DNA from: Octopus vulgaris
Taxonomy: Eukaryota
Assembly (NCBI GenBank): GCA_951406725.2
Contig: OX597827.1
Coordinates: forward strand, 65,968,001-66,032,000
Direction of reading: 5' to 3'
DNA length: 64,000 bases
Below are positions 55,191 to 64,000 of this stretch, piece after piece. How positions within the stretch are numbered: the first letter of the stretch is position 1; every line of letters begins with the position of its first letter. The notes below the pieces were generated by a model, which did not search any database, was not told the origin of the DNA, and worked only from the letters and a program-made list of their open reading frames with translations. The position numbers and the translations under genes are program-made.

Positions 55191-55365
55191 ATCAGAATGA
55201 ACATTTAACATTCTATTATTTTATTTTATTTTATTATATTATATTATCTTATATCATTATAAGATTGTAAATAAAACGTGAAAATCAGACAAGGTTGGAA
55301 TTCCTTTTATCAATATATTCTTCTATACACAATCACACACACCCGTATATATATATCTATATCTA

Positions 55366-55464
<99 letters not shown>

Positions 55465-55796
55465 ATATCTATTATATATATATATATATATAGATAGATA
55501 GATAGATATAGATATATAGATATATACGTTATGAGAGGTAGCGGTGTCAAGAGGACCCAAAAGTGTCAGGTAATAACTAGTAAGTGCTATGGACAGACTA
55601 TACTTACGCTCCAGGTTCAGCGGTTATGCTAAAGAGGAATCCAACGTAAGTCATATATTAGCATGCATATGTATAAAAAAAATTAAGAGAGTGAGACAAA
55701 AATCTAAGGGTGTGAAAGATATGTTCTAAAGCCCTATGGAAATGTTCTGATATCTTTTACAGCCTTGGATTTTTATCTCATTGTGTAAATTATATA

Positions 55797-55832
<36 letters not shown>

Positions 55833-55866
55833 TGTATGTATGTATGTATGTATGTATGTATGTATA

Positions 55867-56023
55867 CTAGGGTTAAGTTGGCAACATTGTCATTGAGGAA
55901 AAAGTGTTTTTTCACAAGTAGCATTCATTAGTTGAACAACCTATTGCCGGAGGTGGTGCTCGAAGTTCGGGTAATGTTGGTGTAGGAAAATGTTTACAAA
56001 TTGCACAATGCCTCGCCATTACA
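55867..56023 (-). mobile_element. 3' end of the same Helitron-like family, inverted
   Basis: Reverse complement of 54586-54728, ending in CTAG. Confidence 0.75.
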
Positions 56024-57432
56024 TATATATATTTATAAGTATCTATATAAATATAGGTGTGTGTCTTTAAATAAATCTAGCTTTCTCTAGATTTATTTAA
56101 ACGAACACACTGAAGTGAAGCAGATTACATTTTATAGACTGAATTTCTGACTGCGAGTAAGTTTCCCTTATCTTTTTATTATATAATTATTGTTTATCAT
56201 TTAATCACTGCTGCACTCGCTAATTTCAGAGGTACTATACCTAAACAATGGCGCATTTCCCTTTGCAAGAAGAGCTGTCTGGCTACTTTTTGTGTTTCAC
56301 TTTATATTATTAAAAATATATATCAGATGTTCTAATACAGATCTGTTCACATTTATACAAACATTACGCAAAACTACGAATTCTCTCTCGTAATTCTCCT
56401 GTTTCAATATAACAAAGCAATATCACATAATTAAAGGCTATTGTCAATTATATTCAGCACGGAGCAATAGAATTTTGCTTAAATGAAATGGCAATAGAAT
56501 TATTCAATCACACGTAATACACGACTTAGTAATCATGAACACAAAATATAACAGGAACAAAATACTCGTTGTTAATTATTAATAATTGTAATCATTCAAG
56601 CAGGCAGCCGTTCTCGTTAGTTCTGCTAAGAACTGCTAAGAATATGATCTGCTAATATATATGTTGACGATGTAATTGTGCAATGATTGCGCATATCGTT
56701 ACAATTTACTCCTTGCGAAAACACGCTGGGACTATTACTGCATGAGTGGTTATATCTGTTAAGTTTGTGGTTGGATTATTGAAATGTGTACGATGCCTCC
56801 ATTGAGAGATAGTGTCGTACGCGATGAATGGATTATTGAAACTGTATTACGTCTCCCCCGTTACAAATTGAATTAAATATTGGTAGTAAAAAATTACTTC
56901 TATCATTATATTTAATGAATCATGTTTTCATAGCCGATAATGTTTTTTATAATTTATACTGATTTCCCAGGAGTACGCAATAAAAGTGAAAGTTTGACAT
57001 AGTCAGAATATTGATATATTTGAAACAATCGGTTTTTCCACAATATTTTTTTCTAATATTTTCAGAGAATTAAAAAGAAGAGAAACAAGAACAATTATGG
57101 TGTCTGTATAATATTGAAGTATGTGTAAATTCATTCAGTATGTTAAATGGCCGTTACAAGTATGATATTAAAATATAATGTCTTATAATCTTGTGCGTGG
57201 CGTTATGTATCTTTTTTGAAGAAGTTTATAAGAGTTTGTATTTCATAAGTTTAATATTCTTTAATATTGTATTTAAGTCGTTCTAAGTGCCTGAATATTC
57301 AATTCTATTACCAAAACCTCAGTCCTTTCGGTTCAATACCACAGTCATTATGAGAAAATATTTCATGCAGGCGGTGAATAATAAGAGGAGAAGTTGTATT
57401 TCTTAAGGGTAGTGTGAATTCAGTCTTTCAAA

Positions 57433-57890
57433 ATGTGGTACTTACCCATTTCAATTGTTGATACTCTACAAAAGTTATGTATATTTGCTGAGAAGATTTT
57501 GAGGAGATGTGATATAAACTTACTTTTGTATCAAACTGTCAATGATCCGAGTGTGTTGAACAAATGTCGTAAAAAGGAAACGTTTTTCTCCTATGGTGCT
57601 CACTACAGCAACCAGCATATTTTGCGACTCAATTTGCATAGCCATATTGAGAATAAATGGACAAACGTATGTTTTAGCACAACGATATTTAATCAGTTTG
57701 CAAATATAGACACCAATCAGCCAAGAATTTATTCGCTGACAGTATTAACAGAGCCAGTGGCTTCGTTTATACTCAGAGATCCAGCTGCTACCGACTGACG
57801 TGTCTCAAAACGCCGAAACACCGTTGAAGCAGAATATCCTGCAACAATGTGTCGAGTGTGTTCAACGTAATGTCGACGTAAAAGGTAGGA
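57433..57890 (+). pseudogene. Possible heavily decayed piggyBac-type transposase C-terminal region
   Basis: DINLLLY...K.RKK..F...N.HIL resembles the piggyBac VD..DQ.L.Y...KW.KK.FF...N..IL motif; downstream YPATMCRVCS resembles the Cys-rich tail. Confidence 0.35.
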
Positions 57891-58499
57891 ATTATTTTAC
57901 TATGACACTTACTACAGCAAACTACCAAGACGTTATCTTATAATAATTATGCCTGTAATTACATTACTTAGACCGTCGGTAGGGCTTTCACGTTATTAGA
58001 GAAGGAGAAAGCCGAGAAAGAATAGATGGAGAGAGAAAGAAAGAGAGAAGCGTCCTTGGCATGAGTTGGAAGGAATGTAATTGTAAAGCTTTCAAGTGAT
58101 TGAATGAAGGGAAAGAGGAAAAAAAGGGGAGAGGAAAGAGATTAAGGCGAAGAGGGAGAGAGAAAGATAGAGAGAGAAAAGACGGCGAGAGAGAAAGAGA
58201 GTCCATGAAGTGTGGTAGGGGGAACGTAATATGTTTTACGTGGTTAAAAATGTTAGTTGAATGTAGTGATATAGAGAAAGTGAGTTAGAAATATAATTTT
58301 AGGAGAGGAGTATTGTTCGGATTGTAAGGTTAAAGAAAGACACAGAGAGAAGGAGAAGAGAGAGAGGCGGGAGAGAGACGGAAACAGAGTGAGTTCCAGA
58401 GGGGGATGATGAAGGTGGTATTTATGCTATCCAACACTTTTTTGCAGAAACACTAATGACCCGGACAAAAACATAGCAACACGGGTCGTCAAGATGTTA

Positions 58500-58716
58500 A
58501 GAAGGAAAGACCGCGTGTGTATCGTTGGTGATTTTCTTTCTCCGTCTCCTCTTCCTTGGATCTTTCCTTTTCCTATGTTTCTGACGAAGAGATCTGCTCG
58601 AAACGATAAATCCTCCTTCTTTCTTTCCTTTCCTGAGCGTCCAATAACACCATACTTGTTTCACGTCCTCACTTTGCTGTGTTTTCTCTTTGTTCATGTT
58701 TGTATTAACTATATAT
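58500..58716 (+). mobile_element. H1-related repeat with canonical hammerhead core but mutated cleavage triplet
   Basis: gttt-CTGACGA-a-GAG atctg CTC-GAAAC-GAT-aaat at 58577-58611; shares ttcctgagcg...aata.. downstream with H1. Confidence 0.65.
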
Positions 58717-59974
58717 ACAGATTTGCTTGACTTTCCATCTACCATATGCACATCCACCCACCACACACAACAGCTTGGAGGGTTTAAGATTGTAGTAGAA
58801 TACATTTGTTGAAGGATCCAGGTGGTGGGACTGGACCAAGAACCATATGGCCAGAAAGCAAAATTCTTACCTCAAAGGGTAATCATTTAGGTGTGGCTAG
58901 ACTTAAATGTTTACGTTTACTGAAAGAATTTAATTAATAAGATGAGGTGCATTGAAAGGAGTTGCGGGCTATTTTTTAAGAGAGGCTGTTATAACTCTCC
59001 AAGATTATTATATCTTCAGTACTTCTTTATGATTTATCTGATACTCTGACCTACCAACTTCGATCTTCTTTTTAGATTTTAGATTTACACCAAACGAAAG
59101 ATTTAGCCATGTTTAAAGAAGTATTCCTAACAGTAGCAACAAACATTAAAATTTGCTTTAATTTTGCACATAACAGTAATGAATAATCTATTCAATTTGG
59201 GATGTACAAACCTCCTGTAAAGTCGGCGCATTTCAGATTTATGAAATAAATAATTTAGCTTTCCTGAAGCTATCTATGCAAACTATTTGGTAAATGATTA
59301 CGGAAATATACCACAATTTGATATATATTTAAAGAACTGACAGTAACTATCAGTAACTTTACCCCCTTGTTCATGAGGGTATATTTTCAGTTGAAGTAAT
59401 GTCACATGTGATGAGACTTCTTGAATAGTACGTAATGATATCTTTAGCCTCCGCTTTTGGAATTTCGAGAAGCATTATTGTTTTTAATATTCACCGTTTA
59501 TTGCATCCGCAGGCTTGAATGAAAAGTCAATTTTTATCCTTTTTATCTGCTATCATATATCTCGGATATATTTCACGCTTGATAATATATTTATCCACTA
59601 CTTCTGTAGACGCTTAATGATGACATTGTTCGGTATGGTTCATTCCGGATAGTGAAAATTGTGGAAGTCTGCAATTTCAAAGATTCGTTAGTTAATGAAA
59701 GGTATATTTGTGTCAGAGAAGTTGTCAGCAAATGAAGTCGTCTCATGAATGTTTTATTAGAATTTGCAAGCTACTCTAGAACGTGCAATTGCCCAAGTTA
59801 CCATCTATCGCAAGACAATACGTGATGTTATTTTTACTTATACTAATAGTCAGAACTGTTTCAAACTTTCAAGAACATTTATTAATACACGCACTGAAGA
59901 TGTATATAGAGACATATATGCATAGAAAATATGTTCACTTAAATATAAAAGTATAATAGATGTATATCTGAATC

Positions 59975-60150
59975 TGGCGTGGAGCTGGCAGAATTGTTAC
60001 AATGCGGGCCAAAATGCTTAGTGTTATTTCCTCCAACTTTACGTTCTGTGTTCAAATTCCGTGGAGCACGACTTTTTTAAAAATCTATTCAGGATCGATA
60101 AAATAAGTACCTTTTCAATTCTGGGGCCGATGTAATTGGTTTATCCCCTC
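59975..60150 (+). mobile_element. Degenerate SINE family A copy
   Basis: gagctggcagaattgtta...tttacgttctgtgttcaaattcc...tcgataaaataagtacc. Confidence 0.7.
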
Positions 60151-61029
60151 GCTACCAGAATACATGAATTCTTTTTCGAACGAAAAATATTGTAACTCCA
60201 CTACACTTGACTTTAAAGAGGTTTAAAATGGAATAATAAGAGTAACTGTATTGAATGGTCTATAATCTTGGGGGCCCTTCTTTTAGCGTTAATATTAAAG
60301 AGTGTAAGTTGGGTATAATGGAATCTCTTGCCATCCGTAAATCATTTGGGCCTAAAACATTAAATAAATACATACAGGTGATCCTTTCTGCAACTATACG
60401 TTTTCGGCTACTTTTGTGAAAGTATATACAAGTAATGTGGTAGATAATATCTAGTTTGCTTACAGGGTTTCGAATCCGGATAGAAAAATTCTTATGACTG
60501 CTCAGTCATTAAATAAAAACAATTTTTCTGTTTGGAATTTTGGACTGGTCCTGCACAAGGCTATATCTTATAAATAAGAATTTGCGCCCATATTGTAACT
60601 TGTGATATACTTCATTGTGAATTTCCTATAGGGTTCTTTCCGTCCTGACAATGTGGTCATTGCCGGGGTGTTCTTTAACTTGCAATCGGACCGCGGCAGT
60701 CAGATCCCGAAATGGCCATAAATGTGATTGTTGACCAACTCTTTTTCCAGAACCCTCTTATGCTCCTTGTTGTTATCAGTAGAAAGTCATCTGTTTTTTT
60801 GTTGTTGTTTGTATTACTATTCGTGTAACCATTTCTCCGTTTTCTCGTTTTCTTCTTTTTTTCACTCTTTTGTCTCACACATTTACTTGCTTCCTTCGAA
60901 ATGTTTAATGCCTTTAGCTTAGATTTTAGGGGCTAACTAATATTGAACAATCTCAAGTGGAACCGGCCGATTTGGGATTGAAAAACTATTCAAATGAGTC
61001 CTTCGAAGTTAACTAAATTCTATATTTTT

Positions 61030-61118
61030 ATGCAGCTGAACTTTTCTCTACATTTTAAATTGATGCAATGTTTACATTGTTCAATTAAATGGAGCAGTAT
61101 GAAACGATAGTACTGCGT
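61030..61118 (+). ncRNA. Hammerhead-like motif, family H2, with extended helix II hairpin
   Basis: ATGCAG-ctgaact...aattgatgcaatgt-tt-acattgttcaatt...GAAAC-gata-GTA-CTGCGT. Confidence 0.45.
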
Positions 61119-61151
61119 TACCACTGGATATCCTCGTTGCTTATTTTGAGA

Positions 61152-61200
<49 letters not shown>

Positions 61201-61647
61201 GGGAAAGTAAAAAAAAAATGAATCGAATAGGATAAAACTTCCGGATATTGAATCAGGATTGCCATGTCAAAATAATATTCCTTCATTTCGCATGATTAAT
61301 GAGCGATGCCTCCAAGCTTTGTATGAACTGATGTACTTAAACGCTAAATAAGTAGTAGAGTTATACCTTGTTATATATATATATATACATGCATATACAT
61401 GCATATACATGCATATATACATTTATACACACACACACATATATATATATATACACGATATTATTTCATTACTCTTCAAGACTTTCGCATGAATGACGTT
61501 TTCCCTCCATTTCTCATTTGCACGTGCGCCTAGGCAGCCGCAACACACGCTCGGCCGCTCTTACATTAACAAATACGCACCCATACATATCTGTCTCTCT
61601 TTCTTTCTCTCTATACACACACACACAATACGTACATATATATATAT

Positions 61648-61738
<91 letters not shown>

Positions 61739-62707
61739 CGTAAATATGTACAGATATATATGAAGAGGGAAATTTTTAGACTGTGATATATGTGTAGGTG
61801 TATTCATATTGTACCGAATGTTGTGTGAACAATACATTTTAAATTAAATTACATGCTTTATAACTTCAAATCTACTAATGTACATGGAATCGAATACCGA
61901 CGCAGATCACAGCCCTATCTTAATTCAGACGACCGTGTAAATCATGACCAGAGACCTGATGGCAGAATATTTCGTCCAACATACTTGATTGCTATAAATA
62001 TTCTTATATATATATACTAGCGAAAGAGGTAATATTAATAAAATAAAGCTACTTGTAAAATTGATGCTGTGTTAGAACTAGGACAGAAATCTCTTCTCGG
62101 TTTTCGGTTCAATTAAGCACACGTAATTACATCTATAGAGGGAAGAGGAATTTACCGCCCTCACGTCGCCAAGACACCTGATCTCTGCTAGTGATATACA
62201 TACTATTCCAGTTCCTAAACCTGTATCTGTCGCAGTTTTCTGTGTTCTAACACAACACCCATTTTTAAATGGGGATAAATATCACTTTTTAGCATTAATG
62301 CAAATTCGGTCTCTCAAATAAATTTTAAAATAAACCCACTGGCTATATATTTTAGGCACTGCTATTCCATGTATATCGCTAGCAAATATATAGCTGCTAA
62401 GTTCAGCTTTCGAGTGTCGACCATTAACAAGGTTAGAGAAGTTCGAAATCCTGTGATCTAGTTGTCTTGACTATGGTAATGTCGGGTAATTTGTTTACCC
62501 GTGAATGATGCAAGCAAGAGTTTTCAAACTTTTGAAGTCATGATATTTCCACTGCATCTCTTTCCCTTTTCACAATTGCTGAAGTAGACATTAAATTGTT
62601 GTCCCAGGGAATATCATTACTTCCGATGCTGTCCAAGTCTTGCTTAACTACCTGTACCTCTTTCAAAATTTTTGAAATATTTTCCTCGGTGATAATTTTC
62701 ATTAATA

Positions 62708-62872
62708 TTCCTTCCTACTATAGGCACAAGACCTGAAATTTGGGAGGAGGGAACTAGTCGATTACATCGACGCTAGTGTTTCACTGGTACTTTATATATC
62801 GACTCTGAAAGAATGAATGGAAAAGTCGATCTCGGCGGAATTTGAACTCCGAACGTAAAGGCGGACAAAAAT
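62708..62872 (-). mobile_element. SINE family A copy (alternative tail), followed by a SINE B tail scrap
   Basis: gattacatcgac...ctggtact...ctcggcggaatttgaactc. Confidence 0.78.
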
Positions 62873-63019
62873 GTATCCTCTTACTTGTTTCAGTCATTTG
62901 ACTGGCCATTCTGGAGTACCGCTTTTTATATATTATATTTAAAATATCTCACTCTAACCTCTCTCTATTTCACAGACACACACACACAGCCACACACACA
63001 CAGATATATATATATAGCA

Positions 63020-63067
<48 letters not shown>

Positions 63068-63212
63068 ATTTATAAGAGAGTTACCACTATGTGGTTAGCT
63101 CTAGTGTTAAAAATAGCTCCGATTACTGGTATAGCCACAGAAAGTTGCTTCCAAGAAGAAATAACATTACATTTAACGGAAGGAAAGTGAAATATAACGA
63201 AAAATAGATTAA

Positions 63213-63285
63213 CCATGAACAATTGTTTCATTATTAAGTAATATGTAATTTTACTTACATAGACATCTATAAATCATCGGCAGAG
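63213..63285 (-). ncRNA. Hammerhead-like motif (U4C) with palindromic helix III
   Basis: Minus strand ctctg-CCGATGA-tTTAT...TAAGTAA...TTACTTA ATAAt-GAAAC-aatt-GTT-catgg. Confidence 0.5.
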
Positions 63286-63579
63286 CTTTGTCTTAAATAC
63301 AATTTATTAGACCCTCACGAGCGTCAAATACACGTGCGGTTTAATCGATTGCATTTGTAGTTTTGCCTCAAATTCCCCGCCAAAAGCATTCTAAGACTCA
63401 CTGGAAACGAATACTGCATAAAATATTTGCTGCAGTATAATTAATTTTATAAATTTATAAATGAGGGTGAAAAAATTTGATATAAATTAATAATACCATC
63501 AGTTTAACACCAAGTGGCTTAGCACATAAAACCAGAGATAATACAAATTTATACATAAATTATAAGAGAGTTATATATA

Positions 63580-63639
<60 letters not shown>

Positions 63640-63907
63640 TCTATGTATTTATCTATCAATTGTTATATTTTTGGAAAAAGGACTATCCTATTATAGCAAT
63701 ATTTGTTTTAAGATACATGGTGTGAAGCAAATATATAATAATGGTTGTGTGTGTGCATATATACATACATGCATACATTCATATATATATATATATATAA
63801 AAATATATATATATACATATATATATATACATAAATATATATATATATATGCATATAAATATGTATGTATGTATGTATGTGTATATATATATGTATATAT
63901 ATATATA

Positions 63908-63966
<59 letters not shown>

Positions 63967-64000
63967 GGTGTACATACATACGCACATACATATAATGTTA

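Noticed and set aside
57433-57798. 121-aa ORF as a host gene
   Set aside because: No recognisable host domain; better explained as a decayed transposase remnant, itself low confidence.

Overview
AT-rich, microsatellite-saturated eukaryotic non-coding DNA. The repeat content (tRNA-derived SINE families, dense (AT)n/(GT)n/(ATAG)n tracts, TTAGGG) points to an octopus/cephalopod genome, intronic or intergenic; this is inference, not a database match. I found no host protein-coding exon, and nearly all listed ORFs are microsatellite or SINE read-throughs. Recognisable content: many copies of three to four SINE families (A: often with a tandemly multiplied body; B: carries an internal microsatellite; C/D: tRNA head with V-domain-like or other tails), two mariner remnants, an internally deleted CR1 LINE, an RTE/BovB 3' end, Helitron-like ends, a fold-back MITE with telomeric repeats, and several palindromes. 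The most notable signal is about a dozen type-I hammerhead-ribozyme-like motifs in several unrelated short repeat families next to (TA)n tracts. They recurrently have a self-complementary helix III (the dimer-dependent 'minimal' architecture known from Penelope-like elements), and some have very long helix II insertions. All folds and alignments were done by eye.
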